From Bigelowiella natans CCMP2755 (Eukaryota; Protista; Cercozoa), in contig ADNK01000095.1 in NCBI GenBank assembly GCA_000320545.1, positions 10,303-74,302 of the forward strand: a stretch of DNA of 64,000 nucleotides, in the 5' to 3' direction. A program made the translations under genes and the position numbers. Of this stretch, positions 49,714 to 63,953 are shown one piece after another. The notes below the pieces were generated by a model. That model was not told where the DNA came from. It ran no database searches and saw nothing but the letters and a program-made list of their open reading frames with translations. Position 1 is the first letter of the stretch; each line of letters begins with the position of its first letter.

Positions 49714-52700
49714 ATGGATCCGGACGATGATTGTAAGGATATTCGACTGGAAAACAAAATTGGACCTTCAAAACCTACTTATACTTACGCTGAATATGTT
49801 GACCATCTTCGGTAGGTAGCTTGCACTAGCTCTTGCATTTAAAATTAACTGCAAGCTGTGTGTGCTCAATTCCATGCGCTAATACTGTGTGCTCACTATT
49901 TCTCGCAGTGGTGTTGGAGTTCGGCAATTTCAGCTCGCGCTTTCAGGAATCACGAGTTGACGAAATTAATGAAACATGTGTTCGCATGTAAATTGATTGA
50001 TGCATTTTCAGAGCGCGTTAAGCGGAGGAAAGGTCTTCAGCGTAGAGGACGAGGACGGAAAAATAAAAAGCCCACCGCCAGTGGCGTTCTGAAAACGTAG
50101 TTTCTTCCAACATGATGTAGGTAATCTCATTAATAAGTGTTTAAAATCAGTGGGACTGGAACTATGCTATCAGGCTCTAAAAGGTTAATACGGATGAACA
50201 CAGAAGGTGGGTCAAAAACTGAGTTGAAGACATCTGCAAGCCCAAAGTTGCACGAAGTTAAGGAAGCCACGTCTCATACTGAGAATACAGAAAATGAGCT
50301 TTCTCGTTGGGAAACTTTTGAAGACCCTATGATCCCCATAGACATTTTAAAGAAGGAGAAACTAATTGCTGATGGTACGCCAGTTGGATCTTTTGATACA
50401 ACTTCTCAATGGATTAGGAAAAACATTGCATCAAAGCAATGGTTTGAAAATATTATACTAATGATGATTCTGATCAACTGTATCCTCTTAGCATTTCAGA
50501 ATCCCCTTAAATTCAAATGATCACTGGGTCAATGTGACTGCGACATACACTGATCCCATTTTTCTTACTTTTTTCATTTTCGAAATGGTTATCAAAATGC
50601 TGGCTTTCGGACTCTTTCGAAGAACTTTGACACGAGAGGAGCTTCCTAACATGGCAGATCATTACTATGAAACTAGTTCCGGATATTTTCGCGATTCATG
50701 GAATTATATAGACTTTGTTGTAGTGGTATTTGGAACTCTGGCAGCAATTCCTAGTCTCCCGAATATATCTGCAATTCGTGTTATTCGTGTACTACGGCCG
50801 CTGCGAGCAGTGAAGAGAGTTCCTTCATTGCGAGTCCTAGTCTCAGTATTACTACAATCAGTTGTCGCTGTTGCAAGAGTTGCTGTTATTCTTTCGCTTC
50901 TTTTTATAGTTTTCGGGATTGCAGGAGTAAATCTGTTCCAAGGTGTTCTTCGTCAGAGATGTTTTGACGATATCACAGGAGAACTAAATGAGGAAGATAG
51001 AGTATGCAGTTTCACAAATGCAGGACTTTATCAATGCCCCGAAGGCTTCACCTGTCGGGCTGATGGTCAAAATCCTTTCTTCGGGGTTGTTAGTTTCGAT
51101 AATTTTGCAGATGCATTACTACAAATATTCCAAACTATTACACTGGCAACCTGGAGCGAGATACTCTACCCCTTAATGGATGGACTATCACCATTTGTCT
51201 TTATATATTTTTTCTTGCTCATCCTTATTATTTCCTTTTTTGCCCTAAACTTGATGTTGGCCGCGATTGAGGATACATTTGCAGAACAAGCGGAAGAGGC
51301 GGAGGAAGAGCAGAAAAAGGCAAGACAATGAAACGAAATATGTTATTCTTGTTCCAAATTGAATAATTAAAACCACTAAAGTTAAGTGGATCTACATTTT
51401 ACCAAAAAAATATTAGGAGGAGGATGAAAAGGCAGCATTGCTTGGAGGATCTACAGCATTATTGTCCACTGGCATAGCGCCGGAGAAAAAAATAAATACT
51501 GGAAATGCGGAAAAATGCATCACTAGTAAGAAACAGGGTAGAAAAGATACTAGAAAACAAAACATTAGGGTATCTTTGAAAGATCAAGAGAGAAAAACTT
51601 CGAAATATGATGAAAGTCAAGCTTTGAAAACGAATCCTAAGAAGAATATCAATGTGCCTGTTGGTACAAAGACTGATGAAACTAGAGTCGATATTGTTGA
51701 AGATAATGAAAAACTGAAGATATTTAAAATTGAGGCCATTCGGGCAGCTGCAAATTATTTGCGGAACTGGCTGAGGATTGAGCACGAAGCTCGAAATGCT
51801 GAGTACAAATTATGGTTAGAAAAGGAGAAGCTACCACCACCGCCAAGACAGTTCGATCCTCCCACAGACAAAGATAAAGATTGGTTGGAAAATGAGGGAT
51901 TGGAAAAAGCTCCCAATTCATTTTGGCCGTTGTGCATTCGGGATGTATTGGAATTTTTGGATGAAGCAGAATTTCAAGTTTTTGCTCTTCCTGCAATTGC
52001 ATATTTATATCGTGAGCACGGTTGTGGACGCTACTTTCGAAATATGTACTTGGTAGAGGTAGAAGCTATCCCATATTCTGAACAAGACACCGATATGAAA
52101 GGGATGTTACAGTTCAAATCTAATGATACGGAATTAATCTCGAAAAAGGGTGCCCATTCGGAGCGTGCAAAGGCCTTGGAGAAGTATAATACTCGTTTGA
52201 GTATTCAGAAGGCAACTCTAGGCGAAGATTGGGATGAAGTGAAAGAAGATGCAATTCGAAACGTTAGGGCTATGCTAGAAAATTACAAGACTGTCGACTA
52301 CACATGTCAATGGCAGGCGAATAAACCCTCATTATTTCGAGTTATTCTGGAAATTTCGAGAAGTACACACTTTCGGCTCTTAATTATGATGGTTATAATG
52401 CTGAATACCGGGGCACTATCATACGATCATTTCGGAATAACTTCAGAAGAGGAGACGACATTAGAGTCCATTAATGCGGTATGTTACTTCCCACTGAAGG
52501 TTTACAATATTTAATACCACTTACGTTGATCAGGCATGTTCATATATATTCTTGGTGGAGATGATCCTAAAGCTTACTGGGTTTGGTCTATGGGGTTATC
52601 TGGGAGATCCCTGGAATGTTTTCGATGCCGTTGTCGTCGTAATATCGTTCATTCCATCTGCAAATCAGGTATCTATTTAGTTGATCATGCAGGTGTAATG

Positions 52701-55700
52701 GTGTAATATTTTTAGAAATATTTCTAATCCAGATATCAGGTCTAAGAACAATTCGATTGCTGAGAATCTTCAAGCTTTTCAACAACGTTCCAGAATTAAA
52801 AAGACTCATTGTGGTCATCATTGTATGTCTCTCACAGGTATCTACATAAGTCATCATGTTGTTCCAAACCTTACAATCTATCTTTAGGTGGGATATCTTA
52901 TGCTCTTAGTATGGATATTTCTATTCATGTTCTCTATTCTGGGAGTTCAATTGTACGCTCAAACAGACTTTCCCGAGGATATAAGACCACGGTACACAGA
53001 TAAACCGAGCTAAATAAAACAATATTTATATTATCGTGCAATTCTCAGATGGTCATTTGAAGATCTTTGGGCAGCAATACTAACGGTCTTCATGTGTGTA
53101 ACGGGGGATTCATGGCCAGATGTCATGTGGGATTATACCAACCAATATTCCCGATCAACACCACTTTTCTTCGTTCTATTGGTTGTTCTGGGAGATTTCA
53201 TGATTCTCAATCTATTTGTAGCTGTGTTGTTGGTGCAGTTCGAGAACGATGAGAAAGTCAAGGTATGAAAGAGATACGTCATAAAGAGATTTTTGTTTAC
53301 TTTCTCCTGTGTTCCTATCAGTATTCTATAGTCAGCGACGTCGCAAGGGAGGAGATGTACAAGGGCTCTACTCCAGGATTGGTATTTGCTGAGCAGACGA
53401 AAACACTTGATCGTGATAAACAACGTAAGTCTCATGAACAAGAGATGAAAAGGGTCCAATACAACTACTACACCGAGGAGCGGAAGATAAAGAAAACTAA
53501 GAAAAAAAAAAAGTTATTCCTGGCAGCAAACGTAAAACATTCAGGGCTATAGATTCTACGGAAACGAAAGGAACAGCAGGCGTACACCAGACTACTGCAA
53601 CTAGAATCGAGAGCAAACACTCAGCAGGAGACCTAAAGAATGGCACTTTGATAAACTCAGTGAATACCCAGGACACCGGTAGCGGTGTAGGTGTTGTAAG
53701 TAATAGGACACTGATTAGCAACACCAAGAAACCCCAAAAATTAGAAGGAGGAGACATTGAAATGATTGAATTAGATAGGAAAATCAGTGTGGGTAACCAA
53801 AAAATAGATAAGGATAAATCGTCTCTTGAGACCCAAATTTGGATTGAAACTAATGACTCTAAAAGCATTACCAATTCAAGTGAATTTAAAAAGGGTGCAC
53901 AAATTGAAAATGAAAGACAAGGGAAAAATAGTGCGCTACTGCTGGTAGTAAGAGGTTCAGACTGTAAAAGGAAAAGCTTTCGGAGCTGTCCGCAACTAAT
54001 CCGGTTGAATACCTCAGAGGCATCTCGTTGTGACTCCCAGCAACCACTTAGAAGCAAGGGGACTGAAGATATACCCAGTGAATTATCACGATTTAACATA
54101 TCTCAAAGAGTTGAAACCCCTCTAATCAAATCCCCGACGGAGAAGATGCTCAATGACTTAGGTGACAATAGTATTGGAGAGCGCGGGAGAAGGAAGCTGG
54201 GAAGTAGTAAAAGTATCAACAGCAATAAAAGTAATAATAGTAGAAGTCAAAATGACAAAGCTAACCTAGATGTCGATGTGATTGGGGAACAGAATGAATT
54301 GCACATTAAACAAAATCCTGAAAGATATCGCACTCATGGAATATTTTGTGGTATTCCACCGTCTCATCCAATCCGTTCTATCTTAATTGACATGGTTGAA
54401 AAGTCATTATTCAAAAATATTGTTACTGGATTGATTTTCGTAAACTGCATTACTTTAGCGATTGAAAATCCACATGAGGAAAAACAGAATCCAGTTTTCC
54501 TTGCCTTCGACATTGTTTTCACAACCATCTTTACTATGGAGATGATAATCAAGATAGTTGCACAAGGATTAGGTCCACGTGCTATCCCAATTTTAAGTTC
54601 CCCGCCAAAACCTGGTGCCAGTAAGGAAAAAATCGAGGAGTATGTCATTGATCCCACTTATCTTGGAGACCCGTTTAATCGTATAGACGGGTTTGTAGTT
54701 TTCCTTTCTGCGTTATCGTTTATACCTGGTTTGGAGCTGCTGAAGGTATTTAGGGCATTAAGACCTCTTCGTTTGCTTGTGCGGAGCAGAAATACACGAG
54801 TAGTTCTGCTAGCAACTTCACTGGCCATTCCAGCTGTGCTTAATATCTCGCTATTTCTGTTGGTGTTTTTCATCGTATTTGGCATTCTTGCAGTTGGATC
54901 GTTCAAAGGTATATGTTTATATTCACAGCATCCTCGTTTACATTTGTGTCCCCGCTGGTAGCTCAATAGTTTGCCATAATGTTTAGGCACTTTCTTTTCA
55001 TGTGACATTGAGGACCTTGGATCGATAAGCAATCGGGAAGAGTGCCTTGCTGCAGGAGGCAATTGGGTTAATGCAGATGCAAATTTTGATAACATGTATC
55101 AAGCAATTCTATCGCTATTTCAAGTTGCTACTTTATCCGGATGGAATATTGTGATGTATAATTCAATTGATTCTGTCGGAGTTAATCAACAACCACGCCG
55201 AAACAATCAACCTGCATGGGGTCTTTTCTATATTTTTTTCATATTTCTCTGTGCATTCTTCGGAGTGAACCTTTTCATTGCGGTCCTCATTGACAAGTTC
55301 AACAGTCTACATGAACAGTTATGTGGATCGGCATTCCTTACAGCATCCCAAAGGAAGTGGAAAAAATTCTACAAAATTGCAGCTGCAACAAAACTCATAC
55401 CAATTGTTTCTTATTCAAAAGAGATTGTTAGAAGAAAATGCCAAAAATTAGTTGGACAGCCATCTAATCCAGAGCAAACTTTTGACATTTTCATAATGTG
55501 TTGTATCGGATTAAATGCTGGTGTACTAGCAACACAGCATTTTGAAGAACCAAGGGCATTAACTTCTTTTGTTTTCTCCATGAATCTTATATTCAATTTG
55601 ATTTTTGTATTTGAAGCAGCGGTCAAATTGTACGCGTGGACTCCGCAAATTTATTTCCGAGGGGGATGGAATCGCTTTGATTTTGTAATCGTAATCGTCT

Positions 55701-57408
55701 CTTTTATTTCGTACGGAATTGATGGAGTTGGTGGAATTAGTGCAATTCGGTTGTTTCGACTAGCGCGATTATTCCGTTTGTTCAATAAATTACCAGCGTT
55801 GAAGAAACTCTTCAATGCATTAGTGCTATCTTCCTCGTCGTTATTTAATATAGGGGCCTTAATATTTATTGTATTCTACATTTACGCGATTTTCGGTGTC
55901 GCTCTTTTCGGAAAGGTTGCTTGGTCAGATCCAGGCTTGTCCCAGCAGGCGAATTTTGTGACATTTCCCGCAGCAATGATCACACTATGGCGTTTAGCTA
56001 CCGGAGATGCTTGGGAAGACATACAAACTGGATTGCAGCTTGATGAGTCTTCGGGTCAATGTTCGAATGAAGACGGAAATTGCGGGTAAAACCAGTTTAA
56101 CCACTTTTAGGTCATTTCTAACACTTTGTTACTTACATTGATTTTGATCCAAATCTAATAAAGGTATGCTTGGTCTCCTATTTACACAATTTCCTTTATG
56201 ATTTTTGTCGGTTTAGTTATGGTAAGTTATATGTTACTGTGACAAAAACCCTAGGTCTTATTCTTTGCAATTCCCTATGATAACACTTATGCAACAAGGT
56301 GAATCTATTTATTGCTGTCATTCTCGAGGGATTCGGTTCCGCTAGCGAAGAGGAAGAGGATTATGTTATTCATCTCCATTCTTGGAGGGATGGATGGGGC
56401 CTGTATGACCCTCAGGTGTCCATTTGGAATGATTTTTCTTCAATATATGCATCACTTAAACTAACGCTGATCATGAATATCTTGGAAGGGAACGGGTGTA
56501 CTTCCTGCTAGTGATGTTGCAGAACTCATACTGCAAATTGCGAGGCCAATAGGGATTGATAGTGGAAACAAATTGCGCAGAAAATTGAAAAAGGAAGGAA
56601 GTTTATCTGATGAATCTTTTTCCAACCATTCTCCCAGCATGACTCAGGTGTGATCTTTACTCTATGTCAATGTGACCGACCATTCTCGATATCAAGTTTG
56701 TGTAATCCTGGAACCTCTTCATTTAGGTCGATATCAAGCGGCAGGGTAGTAGAGCCCGCACCTCTCTTGGACCCAATTTGAAATCATCTCAAATAAAACC
56801 AGGAATTATTGATGTTACAAACTTAGACCCTTCTACTACAATTACAATGCTTTATCATTTGCATCATACGCTTCCACTCAAGGTCTATAAAGCACCAGTA
56901 AGGCTTCAAGATAACAAAGATTCAAAAATAAGAATTTCCCCTATCCGAGTAACATCTGCGGACGAAAGAGACTCTGTACCTTCGGAAGAGTATATATGGG
57001 TCTGTGATTATCAAGACACGCTGAGAAGCATTGCAAAGTAAGAGCTATTTCGATCATACATCACTAAGAAATTGACCGTAACTTTGTTTTCAAACAGAGC
57101 TATGTTTAAGGATTTTTCTGAAGAAGACGCAAAGAACTTACAGGAGGATACAGCCAAATCTGTACGACGCAAATGTCTTTGGAGGTTTAACATTCCTAAA
57201 ATGTATATTTTATGATGACAATCAGGATCGTCTGAGCATTAAAGATTATGAGTCTACTACTCTCCGTCGTTGGTATGCTGGGAAAGTGATAACTCGACGT
57301 CTTCGCAATGCAATTGATAGGCGCCAAGAACTCAAGGCAGCAGGTCGACGCATGCGTCCTAGAAGACTTGCAAAACGACGTAGTAGCCAGGGAATTGTCA
57401 CAGTTTAG
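49714..57408 (+). CDS. Four-domain voltage-gated cation channel alpha subunit (Cav/Nav superfamily); multi-exon, two apparent frameshifts
   Basis: Four S1-S6 repeats with Arg-rich S4 ([15 protein letters not shown]; [13 protein letters not shown]; [13 protein letters not shown]; [13 protein letters not shown]), four pore loops, S6 NL(F/M)xAx motifs, III-IV linker [14 protein letters not shown]-hand-like WGLYDPQGTG, degenerate [13 protein letters not shown], stop 57406-57408. Start tentative. Confidence 0.93.
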
Positions 57409-58277
57409 TCAGTTTAGCAACTCTCCTAGCTCCTAGTGAACAGTTTTCTTGTAAATTCTCGAAGAATTTAAAAAGGTTTGACTATACTAGTATTGATGAT
57501 GATATTTAGGATACATGCATCAGTTACGTGCACACATTGCATAATGATGTTGCTGTTGATAACGTTGTATCGAAGCCTGGCTAGAATAGATGCACAAATG
57601 CGTATTGAACTGCTTCGAGGATTAAATTATGCATCTAGGCATCCCAATGCGCACTGTCGGCACCAGGCATTTTTCATGTGCCTAAAATATGCACATGATG
57701 GTGGATGCGTGGCTAGAGCCAGATGCATGTATGGGCTGATTGTAGATTTGAGTAGGACACATGTCTATTTAGCTATGGTCATTGCTCATTTGTGAGACGT
57801 GCATGGGGCGTACGCGTAGGCATGCGCCTGCGTGCTGCGCTAATGCCCTCCATCTTGTCAATGTCACTGCAGTCTGTGGCAGTTGAGCAGTGTGATGATG
57901 TGACGATCTTTCAGAACAGTAATGGAGATTGCCAAACTGATACGAATCACGAGCATGACGATATCTATAATAGTAGCCAATGATCTAGTGATAATTAATA
58001 CATGCTATCTAATTTCATGAAGAGTGCACAATTAGGGGTACTGATTTGTGGTCTTCGCAGCGACGTTTAGAACTTCTAGACTTGTGAATCTGGTACAGCG
58101 TAATACGCCATTTACTAGATTATTAAGCAAGATAGGATTTGCATTTTTCTGGACTGTAGTCAAATACTGATCTACCACATGCAGCATAATTCATCCCTTG
58201 ACAAATGTGGTGTCTTTTCTACGTGCTCGCGGTGTTACTTCTAACATGATGCAATGCCTTTTATAAATGCAATACTT

Positions 58278-59653
58278 CTAAGTTGAGGGGATAATTCCAA
58301 ATGATATGACTTTCACTTGATTATTTTCATCGTCAATTTCATATAAAACACGTATTACATCCATCCGTACTTCATACTGTCTCTTTATGGCATTTAAATT
58401 GCAAGAGTTTCCAGAACTCTTGGCCCCGCAGTTACCTACCGGCCTTGCCTTTGGTAATTGCGGTTTGGTTTTTTTCAAACAACGCTGAAAATGTGAGCGA
58501 ATATCATTCCGAAGTATCTGGCTCAATGCTTTTATAAATTGTTCACAGGAGCTGTAGTGCTTGAATGAGGGTTCTGCTGCCTTAAGTTCCTTGATTACAT
58601 CATCACTGATGATTACCTTACGAAATGTCGTCGAGCTGGTTATCCAGTCGGGTATCCTCGCTCTCGGAATGCTATCATATAAAGGGATGTATGGCTTTAC
58701 GTCCAGAATCGGTGTTCCATCAATCATATCAAGTCCAGACACAAAAACGCTGCGGCCCTTAATGCTTTCTATACGCACACTTGTAAGTCCGATCTAACCA
58801 ATGTAATAATAACAATCATAACAATAATAAGTATAATAATAATGTAACAAAAGAATAATAATTATTCTTCCCATTTTTGGTACAATTGTTTGATTTTGTG
58901 GCGAGGAGGGTGTTGGTGTCGATTCTGAGGTTTATCGATGTCTAAAAGGCGTAAGAAATATACTCCCAAGCTTGTACGACTACTACCAATATACTCCCAA
59001 GCTTTTACGACTACTACCACTAGAAGTGGTAACAGTAATAGAATAATAGAATATAATGATATATCGATACATGTGCCATATAAGAAATCACAAATTTCTT
59101 AAAATATTGAAATCATATATCCTTTTATACAACAAAATGATTGTGATTATCGAAAAGGGAGAGCAAAAAAAAAAGAAGAACCGGGTTTGGTCTATGGGGA
59201 GTTCTTGTGGAGAAGAGTCCGCACGCTTTGCCGTCCAACCTATAGGCAGCAGCAGCAGAATGATCATTAAACACGTTATGTGATTCGGTACTACTTACCA
59301 TTGAGGTTACTACATTATGTAATCACGTACCGAGGTGGGCGCACTTTGGCCTTCATGCGGAATCTGGGTCCTGCACGTCGTTTCATGCTCGATTTCTTGT
59401 TCTTTCGGCTGCTTCCCGATGTTGATGGTAAAGAAGAAGAAGAAGAAGAAATGCTCTGGACCTTGGCAAGGTTCGTGTTCTCATGAAACACCCATATCAC
59501 CCAGAGGTGCGAATAATGTTGAAGGCCGTCTAAGGAATCTTGTGGCTGGACTGCACCGATCAGCTCCAACCGTCCAATCCCACTTGGAACACCACTTCCT
59601 TGTCGCGGAGTACCTCGTCTTTCGTAGACCACAGCGAGAACCACCGGCATTCC

Positions 59654-59688
<35 letters not shown>

Positions 59689-60380
59689 TGTTGTTGTAGG
59701 AAGTGGTGGTTACTATAAAATGTGGGTGATGATGATTCTCTAGTGGTAATTTTCACCCTATTTTTATCAATTGTCTTACTCGTGAATCGTTATCATTGTC
59801 ACCATCATCAGTTTTTGATCATCATCATCATCGTCATCATCATTATCATCATCAATAATTACCTGTCTATGTATCCAGAGCGAACAAAGCCAATCGGTTG
59901 AAAATTCATTCCGATGAAGAGAGACGATGAAGAAGACGATGCAGATGCTGATGTTGATGATATTTCCGATGTTTTTGCAGATGTTGTTTCTACTAAATTT
60001 CCTATGTTAATGCCTTTTGCAGCTAGCTGACGAAGACGTTTTTCTGCTCTGGTGCGCCCCTTACGATCATCCTCGCGCTTCCTCTTTTCGTGACGTATCG
60101 TCTCCTTCATCTCTTCTATCTAAGAAAATTCGACCCAGTAATATGAAAGATATTTATTTATCATGGCTGTCATTTATTTATCATAGCTGCTGTAAGAGAA
60201 AAATCAAGGGATATTGAGTAAGATGTTAGTCTTGGAACCACTACTTCGCAGATTACACATTACTACCTTGTGTTGCAATTTGTCCAACTGGCTTGCCTCC
60301 CTTCTTCTGGCAAAGCACATGGCCAAGGCACCAATACCCACAGCAGCGAGAGCACAAGCAGAAGCGGCACCATTGCTCAT
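58278..60380 (-). CDS. trmO: tRNA (N6-threonylcarbamoyladenosine(37)-N6)-methyltransferase TrmO/TsaA; multi-exon
   Basis: FQPIGFVRSGYIDR|RGTPRQGS..SLDGLQHYSHLWVIWVFHEN..KAKVRPP..GLFSTRTPHRPNP|IGLTSVRIESI..SGLDMIDGTPILDVKPYIPLYDS..PDWI; N-terminal hydrophobic anchor plus coiled coil. Confidence 0.93.
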
Positions 60381-60673
60381 ATTTCTTTTTCTACAGGATT
60401 CTACGCTCGTATTTCGAGCTCGTGCGAGGAGTAGTAGCCGGGTGGTGAATTTGTTTATCTACTGTCGATATTTCATAAAATTAGCTATATTTCGGTTGTC
60501 GCAAGATAAAATATATGGGAATAATCTAGGATTACGATGACCCTATCTTACTTACAAAATGAACTAATATGGTTGTCGCAATGTAATATATACATGAATT
60601 TTGAACGATACGACTTGATGTTTATGGTTTGTCGCAAGGTAAGATATACCCAAATTTTGAAATATACGACTCC

Positions 60674-62554
60674 ATGTTATTAATTGTCGCAAGGTAAGAC
60701 ATGTACTCGAATGATGCCCTGCAAAAGTAGAATGGCGAACGCGTTTGCAGAGTACGGTCTCTTTTTCAAGTTTTAGCACTTTTTAGTTTGAATTGGCTGA
60801 ATTTGCATGGATGTTGAATATGTTATCATCATCAACAACTACGACACATAGGAAGGGAGATTTAGAAGGTTTGCGAAACGCCCTTGAAGGAGAAGATGTA
60901 AATGCAAGGGACATGATTGGTGATTGCCCACTTCTGGTCGCAGCCCGCAATAATCAAACGAAAATTGTCGATTACTTACTGGAGGATGTCAAAGCGGACC
61001 CGAACGTTCAGAATGGATTTGGTAAATGCAATGCAGAAGTTATTCGAGCTTTTTTGGTAGTTAATACAATGAACCACTATTTCCTATGTTCCGAACAACG
61101 CACGCAGGCTACGATCCGTTAATTTTGGCCGCCGGGAATGACTACCTCGATGTATGCAAAGCTCTAGTAACCGCGAAGGCTGGTGTTGATACGAGGGACG
61201 AACATGGTTGTAATGATTCGATCACATATTGCTGCTGTTACATACGGCTCCTTATCATTCAAACTAATTATTAGGTTACACTGCATTCATCAAAGCTGCT
61301 CGTTACAATTCGCTGAGTTGCATCAAGTTCCTTGCAGAAGAAACAAAGACAGACATCAACACAAAGAAAATAGATGGAGAGGTAGGTGATATCGTGATAA
61401 AAAATGCAGGAAATCTTTAAGCTTTTGGGTGTTTCTATTTCAACAGACAGCATTGCATATCGCCAGCATAAATGGTCACCTCAAACTTGCCAAATATCTT
61501 GCTTGCGAAGCTAAAGCCGACGTTAACACGAAAAGGAAAGACGGAGGTTGATTGGAATGTCTCTTAAATGATGATAGCATGGATCAAACTTTCCCACTTA
61601 TACGACGATAGCTTGGATCAAAATTTCCCAATTAATTTCTTTACAGACACGCCACTAACAAGCGCGGCTTATGGGGGGAAGCTGGATATCGTCAAAATGC
61701 TTGTTTTGGAAGCTGGAGCAGATATCTATATCAAAGGCAATTTTACTTGACTCTCCTGTTGAATACTAGTCCCACACATTGATTTTTATGTTGAAGCTGT
61801 TTGAATTTTCTTTGGCAAAGCATTTCAAGACATAAATTCATATGAATGTTTGTTGTTGCCTCTATAAATTATATCTAAGGTGATGATGAGAAAACAGCAA
61901 TGGAATGGGCGAAAGAAAAAAAACATGCAAAAATTGTTGACTTTTTAAGGGAATACCAACTGACGGTATTGATAAGAGCGCTTTGATTCTCACGTATTTT
62001 CGAGATGTTGGTATGTGTATTGATGCTTTCTTCCTATGAACTATGTACTGTTTCTCCACAGTTTGCACATCAAACGACTTCTTTACTAAACTCAGAAAAT
62101 ATTACCGGCAACTATTATTGAAGTCATCACTGAAGCCTCACTACCAACCGGGTTTGATTTTGATGACGGCCACCAATTTATGTGTTGTCGATTTTACCAA
62201 CTCTATAAATAAAAGGTATGTCAAGAATTTCGAGGATGCGAAGGTGACAACTCAAGATCTTATCACAACGCCGATAGATAAACTTCTTGAGGTATTTAGT
62301 CTGTTTCTAATACAGTACCGAATAGTCAATGCAATGCGCGTCTGATACGTTACAAATATTCACAGAATCTTCAATTAAAACCTGGGCATGCAGTGAAATT
62401 CAGGTATCATCACCTTCCTCGAAATTTCCTTTCAACCGTTTCCGTGCATTGGCATACATCAGATCTTCTCTAAAAAGATAGTGGTTCCAATCTTTCTTGC
62501 AGGAAATATCTTAGGGAGAAGCTAGGGGCCTCAGAATCGTGTCCAAATCCGTAA
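60674..62554 (+). CDS. Ankyrin-repeat protein with C-terminal SAM-like domain; multi-exon
   Basis: MLLIVAR|KGDLEG..DVNARDMIGDCPLLVAARNNQ, GYDPLILAAGNDY, GYTAFIKAARYN, TALHIASINGHL, TPLTSAAYGGKL; C-terminus YVKNFEDAKVTTQDL..LQLKPGHAVKFRKYL; stop 62552-62554. Confidence 0.85.
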
Positions 62555-63193
62555 TGACGGCGATGCAATTAGTGGAATACATGCGGGCATTTATATCTTT
62601 TGGAATTTTTTACGCGCAGGCTAGACTAATACACATATCGTTGCAACACTGGCACGGAGTGTTTAAAATCATTTTATCATTGTTTATTTGGAAGTCCTTC
62701 TTCTGAGTTTGCAGATGATGCTAGGTGCCGTACTAGCGTAACTACATCTAGACATGTATGCCAATGTTGCGACTGCTAGACTAGCACGCTAGGCTTACTA
62801 GCTTAGCTTAAAGGCACAATAGTTTGCTGCATGTTTGGTGAGCGTACCAATACGATTCATGTGTGACACCAAATAGACTAACAAAACGCATGGAAGCAAC
62901 GCAAACATACCAGACATAGTATTGGCAAGAACACTCTAGCACTAGGTGCTAGCGATCATAGCAGCAAGTGAACATGAACCTTTTGATGTGGGTGTGTACA
63001 AATGTAGTGCGCATGGTCATCGCTAGCTACGCATGATGAATTTCACAAAGACTAGACTTGGTGAAATTAATCGACTACAACACAGAACATTAATGAATTT
63101 CTTGTGATGTACCATCACATCAGTTGCTCAGCAAGGACAATGGTCTTCACATCACCAGTTTTTAACTAAATGTAATTTCAGTGTTGAAGATCG

Positions 63194-63807
63194 TTAAACA
63201 ACAGGCGGAAGCTGAAATAGCGCTGCCAAAGGCAAATGGTCCGATGGATGCCACGAATTCGGTAATCCCTAATTTGTTTATGTGGGCAGTTGCGTCATTT
63301 TGAGGCCATCATTTTTTTCAGTTACCGTTTCAGCAGCTTCCCTAGCCATCTTCTCAGACAGAGGGATCCTCAATGACAATAGTGAGAGCTTCGCCTTCTT
63401 GCTTGAGTTTGTGCTTCCAGTAAACATAATGTAGTCGATCAAGTACCTACCTACCTGGTTTTTAATATCGTCATCGATATCTGTACCCTTTAAACAGCCT
63501 CCTTGGTACGTGAAGTGTTTATACTTGGTCTAAAACCATTTCATTTCAAAACCGAAACCTTTTCATAATGTTGTCATACCTTAACCATTGCATCAGTTAA
63601 TTTACCGATGGACACAGACTGATGAGGATATAATAATATAACAAATACCAATATCCGCCATATTTATTCTTACTATCAACCTCAAAAGCAAATTTTTTCG
63701 GCCTCTTTGCATATTTTTGTTCGTCCCATTCCTTCACTTCCAACCTTCCTTCTTTCAGCAATTTGTAACATGGATCGTCTTTTTCCTGTGATATTATTAC
63801 ACACACG

Positions 63808-63870
<63 letters not shown>

Positions 63871-63881
63871 ATATATATACA

Positions 63882-63953
<72 letters not shown>

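Noticed and set aside
37341-60380. Functional cluster of tRNA/nucleotide housekeeping genes (tRNA-Leu, YjjX, TrmO)
   Set aside because: They are spread over more than 20 kb among unrelated genes, with no evidence beyond chance neighbourhood.
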